Shown here in pieces: positions 25,287 through 38,010 of a stretch of DNA of 64,000 nucleotides. Origin of the DNA: Malacoraja senta (taxonomy: Eukaryota); the NCBI GenBank assembly GCA_038087875.1, contig CM075991.1:2852001-2916000 (forward strand), in the 5' to 3' direction. Below the pieces are notes generated by a model that worked only from the letters and a program-made list of their open reading frames with translations, ran no database searches and was not told the DNA's origin. Made by a program: the position numbers and the translations under genes. Numbering within the stretch: the first letter of the stretch is position 1; each line of letters opens with the position of its first letter.

Positions 25287-28241
25287 GTATAGAAGTTGCG
25301 AGGTCATGTTGCAGTTGTATAAGAGATTTGTTAGGCCACATTTGGTGTATTGTGTTCAGTTTTGGGCACCATGTTATAGGAAAGATATTATCAAGCTGGA
25401 AAGGGTGCAGAGAAGATTTACAAGGATGTTACCAGGACTCGAGGGTCTGGGCTATAGGGAGAGGTTAGCAGGCTAGGAATTATTTGGAGTGCAGGAGGAA
25501 GAGAGGTGATCTTAAAGAGGTGTACAAAATCATGAGAGGAATAGGTGGAGTAAATGCACAGAGTCTCTTGCCCAAAGTAGGGGAGTCGAGACCCAGAGGA
25601 CATAGGTTTGAGGTGAGGGTGGGACAGATTTAATAGGTACCTGAGGGAGAACTGTTTTGCACAAAGGGTGGGGTGAGTGAATGGAACAAGCTGCCGGAGG
25701 AGGAAGGTAGCTATTATCGCATTGTTTAAGAAACATTTGGACAGGTACATTGGATAGGATAGGTTTAGAGGGATATGGCCAAAGATAGGCAGGTGGGACC
25801 AGTGCAGATGGGACATGTTGGTCGTTGTGGACAAGTTGGGCCAAAGGGCCGTATCCAATGCTGCATATCTCTATGAATCTCTAAATTTTCCTATCCATGT
25901 ACCTGTCTAAACATCTTTCAAATCTTGTTATTGTATCTGCCTCAACTATTTCCTCTGGCAGATGGTTCCATATAACCACCTGCTGTCTGAAAAAGATGCC
26001 CCTAAGGTTCCGATTAAATCTTTTCAAACACATCTTAAATCAATGACCTCGAGTTCTTGTTTCCCCTACCCTGGAAAAAAGGCTGCATTCACAGTATCTA
26101 GTCCACCCCATAATTTTATACATCTCTAAAATATCACCCCTCTGCTTCCTATACTCAAAGGAATAAAGTTCAAGCCTGCTCAAACTCTCCTTGCAGCTCA
26201 GTCTCAATTTCCTGGCAATTTCCTGGTAAACTTTCTTTGCACCCTTCCAGCTTACTGGCATCTTTTCAATAGCGGTTTAAGCGACCAAAACTGAACACAA
26301 TACTTCAAGTGCAGACTCACCAACATCGCATACAACCGTAACATAACATAACGGCCCAACTCCTATACAATTCCTTCTCCTGAAGATTTCCTTACTTTTA
26401 TACTCAAATTAATAAAGGCTAACATAGCAATGAGCTTTTAAATTGCTTGCCTCACCTGCATTTTAGGTTCAGCAAGCATTTCTAGGTCCCATTAAACAAC
26501 AATTCCCCATTGTTCACCAGTAAATAAATGTAACACTTTCCTGTTAAGTGCATCAAAGTGATTTTCTATATCATGTTCCATCAGCCATGTTCTCGGCCAT
26601 TCATTTGTCGTCTCCATTCCCCTCATGAACGCGTTTTACATCCTCCTCTATTCTCACACACAATTCTACCCAAGTTAGTCACGTCAGCAAGCTCGGCAAT
26701 ATGACATGTGGTCATCCCAGCACAATTGTTAATACAGCTCATGAAAAGCTGAGGCCCAAACACCCCATCACCGCAGCACACCAATACACCTTCTGGCAGC
26801 TTGAGAGGGCTTCCATTTACTACCAAGCCTTATTCTCCATTTGATGAACAAATCTCACTCATGTTGGCATGCTACCCCCAATTCCATGTACTCTAACTTT
26901 GTTAACCAAATTCTTGGATATATCAAATGCCTTATGAAAATCAAATACATGGAAATGTAAAAGACATGGAAATGTTCAAGACAAAGGTGATAACTTTGAA
27001 GTGAAAGGGGCAAAGATGAAACATGTGCGGAGCAAGTTTTATTTTTAACACAGAGGATCATGAGTGCCTGGAAACACACTGGGGGCAGATACAATTAGGG
27101 GCTCTAGTGGCTTTTGATCAGCACATGGATCATCAAAGGATGGAGGGAAATGGGTCAAGTTCAAGCAGAGGAGACTGGTTTAACTTGGCATCATGTTTGC
27201 CATGGACATTGTGGAACAAAGGGCCTGTTCCTATGCTGCGCTGTTCCGTTCTAAGTTCCACGTCGCATTCACTGGATACGTGACAGTCAGAAGAAGAGTC
27301 TCGACCCGAAACGTCATCCACTCCAGAGATGCTGCCTGTCCCGCTGAGTTACTCCAGCATTTTGTGTCTATCTTCACATCCACTAATGACATTCTCAAAG
27401 ATCTCCTGTAAATTTTCCTCTAATAACTCCCTAATGTTCTGCTCAAGACTACTATTCCTTTCAGGGTGTTATTATGTTCTTCAATACAGATTGTAATATT
27501 AAAAAGTGGTGGAGTAACTCAGCGGGTCAGGCAGCATCTCTGGAGAATATGGGTAGGTGACATTTCGGGTCGGGACCCTTCTTCAGAATGGTGGAACAGA
27601 GGAGGACAGAATAAAGCCTGGCTGGTAATAGGTTGATATGCAGTTTTGACATGCAGTTGGCTGGACCAAGGCCAGAGATGAAGAGGCAGAAGGTTCGAGA
27701 CAAAATGACTGATGAGTTGCAAAGTTGATTCCAATATTTTCCCAACCATTGACATGAGTCTAACAAGATCATTGTTTATCTCACCGTTTATTCTGAAACA
27801 GTGGCATCACATTTGATAGCCTCCAATCCATCAGTACTATTTTATCTCAGCTCTGATTATTCAAGGATTCGGCCCCCACAACATCCAGGGCAAGGAATTT
27901 CAAAGGCTCACAACAATTTGAAAGAAGATATTCTTCCTCATATCAATCTCAAATGTGCTCCCCCTTTTCTGAGACTCTGCTCTCTGGTCTTTGACTCTTT
28001 CACAAGAGAAAACATTGTCCTGGTAAGAACTTCATGTTTCAATTTCACTGCGAGGATAGTTGGGTTTTGTATTGGCGGGAAGGACAGTGTTAATCAGATA
28101 ATAGGTATTTGAGGCAACATCATTTTAAGTCTACGAGGAAAGAATGGGAAATGGAGTTCTGAAGTTCAGTCTTTCAGTAGCTGACAGATGTCATGGGTAG
28201 AATGGCCTTTACTCCTACCATACTAATCTGATTTATTTTTA

Positions 28242-28490
<249 letters not shown>

Positions 28491-28675
28491 CTATTTGTTT
28501 TCCTAAGCATGGTTCGAAATGCTGTGCTGCTAATTTAGCTGACAACTCCATTTTACTGACATAGTCTGTTTAACCCATTACATTACAGGACGTTATAGGT
28601 AATGGTTTACTTGAAAGTACTTTTATGCACCATGTAAGTATGAGCGTCGATAATGATGTATGAGAAGGCTCTCAC

Positions 28676-28795
28676 CTTGTCGATTCTCTCGTGTCGGACA
28701 GGGAATGAAAAGGTAAATCCCAGAGAGAGTTTCTTGTGTTTCATGTTGTGTTGATCCAGGAAGTTGGAAATACACTTCGCAATGTAATCAAACAG
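28676..28795 (-). CDS. GCK: Glucokinase exon 4 (120 nt)
   Basis: CAG|CTG...[48 protein letters not shown] (hexokinase signature LGFTFSFP). Too short for the ORF track; translated by hand. Confidence 0.96.
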
Positions 28796-28860
28796 CTGTT
28801 AATGACATGCAAGCAATGTTAGTGAGGGTCATTATAATCACAGAAAGCATGACTGAGGGA

Positions 28861-29357
28861 CTATACCAACGCTCAAAATGTGGATTGCAAGTATGTTGGA
28901 TACCGCACATTTTGAGGAGATGCGATTCCTCCTAATAGATAAATTTGACCAATTCATAACGAGTTGGTCTCCATTTGTCGTCTTTTTGGAAACATATGGC
29001 GCAACACAAGTGTAAAAGCTAATCCGTGACTGGGTGAGGAATGGTCAAGTATATAAATACGATCTCCTTACTTCTCTTTTCTTTTTCTTCTCTTTTCTTC
29101 TTTTACTCTTTTTCTTCTATTTTCTATTTCTTAACTTTCTTCTTTCACTCTCTATTTTTCTTTTTCACACACTATATATCTCACATTTTTCTATTCTTCA
29201 TTATCTAATTTCTTTTTCTTTTTCTTCTTTATTACAAAATTAAAAAAATAAGAAGCTGTACATAAAATGTATTATGAAAAATATGATTGTATACAATTGT
29301 ACTTACTTCTAATAAAAATAAATAATAATAAAAAATAAAAAAAACACATTTTTAAAA
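28861..29357 (+). mobile_element. L1/Tx1-like LINE 3' fragment with A-rich tail and 17-bp TSD
   Basis: AAAGCATGACTGAGGGA at 28844-28860 and 29358-29374; T-rich 3' UTR, AATAAA and A-rich tail; similar to 41934-42660. Confidence 0.8.
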
Positions 29358-29733
29358 AAAGCATGACTGAGGGAAGGAAGCATACTTCATAATTTACAAA
29401 ATAGTTCAGAAACTATATAGTTCTGATATTGCTATGGAATTAGTGAAAACAAATCAAGAACAAGTTGCACCACCAGGAGATTTTGTTTAAACAGAAGATA
29501 GACACAAAAAGCTGGAGTAACTCAGCGGGACAGGCAGCATCTCTGGAGAGAAGGAATGGGTGACATTTCTGGTCTCTTTTCGACCCAAAACGTCACCCAT
29601 GGCTTCTCTCCAGAGATGCTGGCCGTCCCGCTGAGTTTTTTGTGTCTATCTTCGGTTTGCACCAGGTGGTTGTTTTATTTAAAAATTCCATTTTTACCAA
29701 TCTGAAGCAATGGGCAAGTTTGTCAGTCCTCAC

Positions 29734-29888
29734 CATTTCAGCTGTGCCAGTCATGACGTCAGTGGGAATGGTGTACATTTGGTTGCTGGTTGAGATTTTC
29801 CAGCTTCTCTTTTCATCTTCGCCCACTTTAACCAACATCACTCTGAAATTTGTGCCTCCCAGGTCCACTGCCAGGAAATCGCCCACCT
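29734..29888 (-). CDS. GCK: Glucokinase exon 3 (155 nt)
   Basis: TAG|AG GTG...ATG|GTGAG; (E)[51 protein letters not shown], including the phosphate-1 motif DLGGTNFR. Confidence 0.96.
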
Positions 29889-30629
29889 CTAGAAGATAAT
29901 AATACGTCTTTTTTAAAGAACGGTCAGTTTAGTTCATCAAGACTGATAAGTAAACATTTTCTAATGCAAAGTTCAATCTTGGGAAATTTTAAATATTAAG
30001 GCTCAAGAAGTAGAATTCATGTTTTCTCACCATATCACTCCTTTGTTTCCTCCTGTGTACAAGATTTATTCAACACAAGTTGAACCAAGTGATTTCAAGC
30101 TCCGTTCATCATCTTTGCTTCCCTTCTAAATGCTCAAGCATGTAAATATTCTGGATCATGTAGGTGAATAACCTATTAACCTTAATACTTAAATCACCTC
30201 ATTACAAATAGTACCAAGTGTGATTACTACTTTGTATTTCACACAATCCACCTTCCTTACACAACCTAATTTCTTCATAGGTAGACAAAATTGCTGGAGA
30301 AACTCAGCGGGTGCGGCAGCATCTACGGAGCGAAGGAAATAGGCAACGTTTCGGGCCGAAACAACGTTTCTGGTTTCAGTATGAAGAAGGGTTTCGACCC
30401 GAAACGTTGCCTATTTCCTTCGCTCCATAGATGCTGCCACACCCGCTGAGTTTCTCCAGCAATTTTGTCTACCTTCGATTCTCCAACATCTGCAGTTCCT
30501 TCTTGAACACTAATTTCTTCATGCCTAGGAAGGTACTGTAGATGCTGATTTACACAGAAGTTAGACACAAAATGCTGGAGTAACTCAGTGGGACAGTCAA
30601 TGGGCATGATTGTCAACATTCACATCACT

Positions 30630-31225
30630 GATTATTTTGCTGAACACCTCCGCTCAGTCCGCCTAAACCCACATGACCTCCCGGTCGCTAAACACTTTAA
30701 TTCACCCTCTCATTCCCTCACTTACCTTTCTGTCCTGGGCCTCCTCCACTGTCAGAGTGAGGCCCAATGCAAATTGGAGGAACAGCACCTCGTATTTCGT
30801 TTGGGCAGCTAACACCCCAGCGGTATGAATATTGACTTCTCCAACTTCAAGTAACCCTCGCTATCCCTCTCTCTCCTTTCCTCCCCCATCGTAGTTCTCT
30901 GACTGTCCTCCTGATTACGTTTTATCTTTGTATGTTTCGTTGTCACCTCCTAACCAACAATGATCTATTCTACATTTGCCTTGAGCTTTGTACCCTTTGA
31001 TCTCTTGTTTTCACACCTCACCCTTCCATATCTCTATGTCTCCCTCTCTCCTGACTCTGTTTTTCATTCATTTATTCTATATCTCTCTGCATCACTGTCC
31101 CTATCTCTCGTTTCCCTTTCCCCTGACTAGTCTGAATAAGGGTCTCAAAACGAAACATCACCCACTCCTTCCATCGAGAGAGGTTGCCTGTCCCGCTGAG
31201 TTGCTCTGGCATTTTGTGTCTTATT
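30630..31225 (+). mobile_element. Penelope-like element 3' fragment
   Basis: FAEHLRSVRLNPHDLPVAKHFNSPSHS...KLEEQHLVFRLGS (C-terminal part of a GIY-YIG endonuclease) followed by a degenerate terminal repeat. Confidence 0.75.
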
Positions 31226-31649
31226 TCTTTATGTATCTGTGCCTAAAGAAAGCTCCTTCCCCAATTCAGATAGAACAACATTTTAAAATGCTGAAGATCT
31301 GAAATAAATGCTAGAAATATTCAGAAAGATGGGCCGCATGTGTGGAGAAGGTAAACCCAGTTCATAATTCAGGCTGGTGGCCTTTCATCAGTCGAGTTTA
31401 TTGTCATATGCACAAGTACAGTGAAGTGAGTTTAAATATAAATCTTGTTTGCAGCAGCATCACAGACATTGACTCAGACAAAACACAAAAAACATAAGTT
31501 GCACATAAACTACACGGCAGTGAAAGAAAATGATCGTGAAAAACAAGGCATTAGTGCAAAACATAATTGGAAAACAAGTCCATGGTAGTATAAGAGGTTG
31601 TTTGTCATGTTCACTTGCTGAGCTAGGATTAGGATTGTGCTGGTCTGGG

Positions 31650-33085
31650 TGGTGCCACCGGGTGGCGCCAGCAATGGCTGCCTCGCCAACAGTCTATCTG
31701 TTCCTTCCTTCTTTGTTGTTTGTTTTAGTATGTTTTAAATATATGTTTTTGTGTTCTTTACTTTGTTTATGTGGGGGGGACTTTATTTATCTCTTACCTC
31801 GATGGAGATGTGATTTTTTTCGGTATCGTGTCTCCCACCGCACCGCGGCCTAACATCGAGGAGTTGGCGGCCTCTGGTGGAGATTGACCGGGTGCTCCAT
31901 CGAGGGAGCCTGCGGACTTTCCATCACGGAGCTTGCGATCTCTGTCGAGGATCGAACTCGGAGCTCCAAACCGCGGGAGCCTGCGGACTTTGACACCGTG
32001 GAGCTCGCGGTCCCTGGTTAGAGGCCGACTTCGGGAGCTCCAGGCCGCAGGGGCTTCGACTGCCCCGACTGGGGATGGTTCGACTGCCCCGACTGCGGGA
32101 GAATAAAGAGGGAAGAAGAGACTTCATTGCCTTCCATCACAGTGAAGAATGGGGCTCATGTTGTCGACCTGCCCGTGGTGAGCCCTGTCAACTGACCTCA
32201 GTCAGGCGAACGACAACAAACAGAGACAGCAGCAGCGACGCAGCTTGGCGCCAACCCGGAGCATGCGCCTTTTTAGGGCGGGCACCTACGGTTGACGAAC
32301 TGGATGGCATCACCCTGCTGCGGACTTCTGCTGCCTCAAAGGCAAGAAGAAGAAGCTCGTGAGGGCTCTGGTGAGACCACATCTGGAGTATTTTGTACAG
32401 TTTTGGTCTCCTAATTTGAGGAAGGACATCCTTGTGATTGAGGCAGTGCAGCGTAGGTTCACGAGATGATCCCTGGGATGGCGGGACTGTCATATGAGGA
32501 AAGATTGAAAAGACTAGGCTTGTATTCACTGGAGTTTAGAAGGATGAGGGGTGATCTTATAGAAACATATAAAATTATAAAAGGACTGGACAAGCTAGAT
32601 GCAGGAAAAATGTTCCCAATGTTGGGCGAGTCCAGAACCAGGGGCCACAGTCTTAGAATAAAGGGGGGGTTTTCATTTAAGACTGAGGTGAGAGCAAACC
32701 TTTTCACCCAGAGAGTTGTGAATTTATGGAATTCCCTGCCACAGAGGGCAGTGGAGGCCAAGTCACTGGATGGAGAGAGTTAGATGGAGCTCTCGGGGCT
32801 AGTGGAGTCAAGGGATATGGGGAGAAGGCAGGCACGGGTTATTGATAGGGGATGATCAGCCATGATCACAATGAATGGCGGTGCTGGTTCGAAGGGCTGA
32901 ATGGCCTCCTCCTGCACCTTTTTTTTATGTTTCTGTTTCTATGAATGTGCGGAATCCGCTGTGGTGGATGTTTATGTTAACTTTTATATAGATGTGTGTC
33001 TTGTTTTTTTTTTAGTATGGCTGTATGGTAATTCGAATATCATTGTACCTTAATTGGTACACGTGACGATAAAAGACTTTTGAAA
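31650..33085 (+). mobile_element. GC-rich non-autonomous retroelement interrupted by a chimeric CR1 insertion (32154-32942)
   Basis: CpG-rich body with internal repeats. It resumes at 32943 after a duplicated GAATG and ends ...GTACACGTGACGATAAAAGAC. A similar element lies on the minus strand at ~62305-63050. Confidence 0.55.
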
Positions 33086-35679
33086 CGTTTGAAACCTTTG
33101 TTCAAGAAACTGATGGCTGTAGAAAAGTAGCTGTTCCAGAACCTAGTGATGTGGAACTTAACATGTAGAACTGCAGATGCTGGTTTAAACCCGAAGATAG
33201 ACACAAAAAGCTGGAGTAACTCAGCCAGACAGGCAGCACCTCCAGAGAGAAGGAATGGTGATGTTTCGGGTCGAGACCCAAAGGTCCCAAGACTGTCGAC
33301 CCGAAAGGTCACCCATTCCTTCTCTCCAGAGATGCCTGCCTGTCCCGCTGAGTTACTCCAGCTTTTTGTGATGTGGATCTTAAGGCTTTGGTATTTCCTG
33401 TCCAACATGAAAAGAGGGTCAAGGCACTAATGGTGGTGGTCCTTCATAGATGCCACCTTCTTGAACTAGTCTTCGGCAGATAGTGGTAGAGTCATCTTGT
33501 GATAGACCTGGTTGAGTCCACCACTCTGTAGCCTCTTGTGTTCCTGGGCACTGGAACTGCCATACCATACCATGATGCATCCAGTCAAGATATTTTGCAC
33601 AGTTCACCTGTAGAAGTTTGTTGGAGTATCGGGTGACGTACTGAATCTCTTTAAACTTCTAAGCAGGCGTGCTGGCATGACATCTTCATGATTATGTCAG
33701 ACTGTTAGGTCCAGGACAGGTCATCTGAGATGGAACGTGAAACTGCTCTCTTCACTGCTGAACCACCGATCTCACAACCTCCCCATCGTGAAGATAACAT
33801 GGTTTTGTTAATGTTAAGCAAAACACAAAGTGCTGGAGGAACTCAGCAGGTTAGGAGGGAATGGACAGGTGATGTTTTGGGGTCAGACCCTTCTTCAGAC
33901 CAATAGGAGTGGGGGGGGGGGGGGAGAGAGAGGGTGTGGGAGTGTGATGAATCTTTATGTAGTCTTCCCAGAGAAGGATCTATCATCTATTACAATTGCT
34001 CTACTCTTTTAAATGTCTTTTCTACCTGTAATGGGCCCGTCCCACTTGGCGATTTTTTTGGCAACTGCTGGCGACCGTCAAAGTCGTAGCAGGCCCCGAA
34101 AAACTGGCGACAACCTATGTCAGCACCTACGTCAGGAGAAGTCAGGCTATGCTCACTGGCGTCAAACCCACTGTCGTCGTTAGCAGCGATCAGAAAGACT
34201 TTTTGTGCGACTGAGGAGACTACTTCCGGCGACCACAGGTGAACATGTGGCGAGAAACTATTGTGTGGTTGCCTAAAGAATTACCTAAGTGGGACAGGCC
34301 TATTAGTATAGCATATTCTGCTCCCTGTTTCTTCCCCTTTGCTCTATCTATTGTATTTCGAGTTTGACTTCATTGTGCGTAGTACTACCTGATCTCATTG
34401 GATAGCATGCAAAACCAAGCTTTTCACTGTACTTCGGTACACGTGGCAACAACATACCTAAACCTAGCTGGAAAAGAGAGGCTGAACAAGGCCTGGCAAG
34501 TGATCGGTGGATACAGATAAGGGGGGGGGTTGATTGGCAAATAGGTGGAGTAAGTGACAAAGGCTAGAGGTGCAAAGGGTGTAAGATAAGGAGAGGAGGA
34601 GAGAAATGTAAGGCCAGGTGGAGGGTCTCGACCCCCACCTCTCTTATCCAATATTGGCAGACTTTGATTCACCCTCACTGATCTTTCCATATTACCTCCT
34701 CGGATGTTGCCTGACCCGCCGCTGTTCCTCAACACTGTGTTTGGCTGAAGATTTCAGCATCTATTGTTCCTTGTGTCAACGTTAAGTAAGAGGTTGTTGT
34801 TGCGGCACCACTCAACCAGGAGTTCCATATCTCTCTTGTAGACTCATTCATCGCCACACATGAATGGGCCAACAACTGAGGTGTCGTCATCAAGTTGATA
34901 GCTGGTGTTGGAGCTGTGCTTAGGCCCAGAGTCATAAGGTCATAGGTGTTGAGAGTAGAATTAGGCCATTCGGCCCATTAAGTCTACTCCGCCATCAATC
35001 ATGGCTGACCTATATCTCCCCTCCTAACCCCATTCTCCTGCCATCTCCCCATAACCTCTGACACTTGTACTAATCAAGAATCTATCTATCTCTGCCTTAA
35101 AAAATCCTCTAATGGCCTCCATGGCCTTCTGTGGCAAAGACTTCCACAGATTCACCACCCTCTGACTAAAGAGTTTTCTCCTCATCTCCTTCCTAAAAGA
35201 AGTCATAAATGTAAAGAGAGTAGACCAGGCACACCTGTGCTGGTGGTTGGTGAGGAGATTGAGGGAGTCAATGATCCAGTAATAAAGGGAGATACAGAGG
35301 CCCAGGTCTTGGAGTAGGGTGAGGAGATTGGAGGGGATGAGAATGCTGAACTCCGAGCTATAGTCAATGAACAGCAGCCTGACATTAATGTTCTGTTTTC
35401 TAGGTCCAGAGCAGAGTGGAGAATCAGTGAGATAGTATCTGCTATTGATCTGTTATGGTGATAGGCAAATTAAAGCAGAACCATGTTATTTCTAGCGCCA
35501 TAACCAGCCTGTCGAAGCACTTCATTGTAGTGGATGCAAGTGTTATCGGATTATAGTTATTGAGGCAGGACATCGTGCCCTTCTTGGGCACCGATACAGT
35601 AGATGTCCTTTTGAAGCAGTTGGGAACCCCAGACCGCAGAAGCGAGAGGTTGAAGATGTCATAGAGTCATAGAGTGATA

Positions 35680-36500
35680 AGTAAGTAAGTAAGTAAGTTT
35701 ATTGGCCAAGTATTCACATACAAGGAATTTGCCTTGGTGCTCTGCCCACAAGTAACAACATGACATACAGTGACAGTTACGAATGACTCAGAAAACACTA
35801 AACATTAATAATAATAAAACATTAATGATAAAACACCATTGATCAAGCATGTGAACCAACAAAATACCAGATCAAAGGGAGGCTACAGATTTTTGGCTGT
35901 TGAGTAGAGCAACTACTCGTGGATAAAGACTGTTTTTATGTCTGGCTGAGGCAGCTTTGACAATCCGGAGTCACCTTCCAGAGGGAAGTGATTCAAAGAG
36001 TTTGTGGCCAGGGTGAGAGGGGTCAGAGATGATCTTGCCCGCTCGCTTCCTGGCCCTTGCAGTGTACAGTTCATCAATGGAGGGAAGGTTGCAGCCAATA
36101 ATCTTCTCTGCTGATCGGACAATTCGCTGAAGCCTCCAGGTGTCGTGCTTGGTGGCTGAGCCAAACCAGACCATGATGGAGAAGGTGAGAACAGACTCTA
36201 TGATGGCCGTGTAGAATTGGACCTTCATTGCCTGTGGCAGATTGTGCTTCCTCAGTTGCCGTAGGAAGTACATCCTCGGTTGTGCCTTTTTGACTGTGGA
36301 GTCGATGGTAGCCCCTTAAGGTCCTTGGAGATGATGGTTCCCAGGAACTTAAAAGACTCCACAGATGTGACTGTGGTGTTCTTGATGGTGAGTGGGGTGA
36401 GGGATGGGGGAGCTCTCCTAAAGTCTACAATAAATTCCGCTGTCTTAAGAGCATTGAGCTCTAGGTTGTTACGATGGCACCAGGATGCCAGCTGTGACAC
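35680..36500 (-). mobile_element. Rex1/Babar-like LINE 3' fragment
   Basis: WCHRNNLELNALKTAEFIVDFR...FYTAIIESVLTFSIMVWFG...HKLFESLPSGR; (TTAC)n tail. Confidence 0.8.
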
Positions 36501-37324
36501 GTCCTGTTGGAAACAGGCCCTCAGCCCAACGTGCCCACACCGGCCAACATGTCCCAGCTACACTAGTCCCACCTGCCTACCCTTGGTCCGTATCCCTCCA
36601 AACACGTCCTTGAATACTCCAGGGTTCGTAACAGTAAGAGGTGATTTCACTGACACTGACAAAATGTTTGCAGCATTCTAGAACCTGGGACCCCATTTTT
36701 AGAGCAAAGTGTAGGGCATTTTGGACTGAGATAGGAGAATGTCTTCACTCATAGAGTGAATGAAGAATCTTTGCATTTCTTTACCCAGGAGCTCGATCAA
36801 GGCTCAGTCTTCAAATTAATCAAACAGTGAATAATAGACTTCTAGATGTTATAGGAACCTTGGAATTTGGGGACAATGCAGGCGAATGATGCTGGGGTAT
36901 AATGATAGCCGTGATCTTAATGAACGACCATGTGGTATGGGCGTTATCATCACCTGTACCGAGATACAGCAAAAACGTTGTTTGCGTGCTATCCAGACAT
37001 ATCACACCAGAGTACAGAAAGGAGATAGTTGCCAAGCCAAGTTATGGATGCATCCCAAACACGATTCCCTCTGAAGAATGGTCTCAACCTGAAATTTCAA
37101 GATGGGTTTCGGCCCGAAACATTGCCTATTTCCTTTGCTCCATAGATGCTGCTGCACCCGCTGGGTTTCTCCAGCATTTTTGTGTACCTTCGATTTTCTA
37201 GCATCTGCAGTTCCTTCTTAAACACTGAAATGTCACCCATTCCTTCGCTCCAGAGATGCTGCCTGTCCCACTGAGTTACTGCAGCTTTTTCTGTCCATCT
37301 TCAGTTGAACCCACCATCTGCAGG

Positions 37325-38010
37325 AAAGGGTCAAGAACTTCAAATTCCTGGGCTGGCATATTTCCGAAGATCTTTCCTGGTCCCAGCACCTCTACTTATA
37401 AAGAAGGCACATCAGCGCCTCTACTTCCTGAGAAGATTACGGAGAGTCGGTATGTCAAGGAGGACTCTCTCGAACTTCTACAGGTGCACAGTAGAGAGCA
37501 TTCTAACTAGCTGCATCATGGCTTGGTTCGGCAACTTGAATATCCAGGAGCGGAAAAGAATGCAGAAAGTTGTGACCACTGCCCAGTCCATCATCGGCTC
37601 TGACCTCCCCACCATCGAAGGGATCTATTGCAGTCGTTGCCTCAAAAAGGCAGCCAGCATCATCAAAGACCCACACCATCCTGGCCACACACTCATCGCT
37701 CCGTTGCCATCGGGAAGAAGGTACAGGAGCTTGAAATCTGAACATCCAGGTTCAAGAATAGCTTCTTCCCCACAGCCATCAGGCTGCTAAATGCAACATC
37801 AAACAAGCTCTGAACAAAAACAGTCTATTGCACTTTATCTGTTTATTTATTGTGTACATATATGGTCTATGGTATATAGACGCACTGAACTTTTATCTCC
37901 TGTTCTGTACTATGTTTACATATACTGTTGTGCTGCAGCAAGCAAGAATTTCATTGTCCTATCTGGGGCACATGACAATAAAACTCTCTTGCCTTGACTC
38001 TTGACTCTTC
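37325..38010 (+). mobile_element. Rex1/Babar-like LINE 3' fragment
   Basis: KKAHQRLYFLRRLR...FYRCTVESILTSCIMAWFG...LPSGRRYRS; AATAAA and (CTTGA)n-like tail. Confidence 0.8.

Larger units (their letters stand above)
21366..25875 (+). mobile_element. Host CR1 LINE (21366-21995 and 25287-25875) split by nested insertions
   Basis: RT motifs (YMDFSKAFDKVPH, FADD) break at SQSIEY and resume at ~25287 (TATAGAAGTTG...). Confidence 0.85.
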
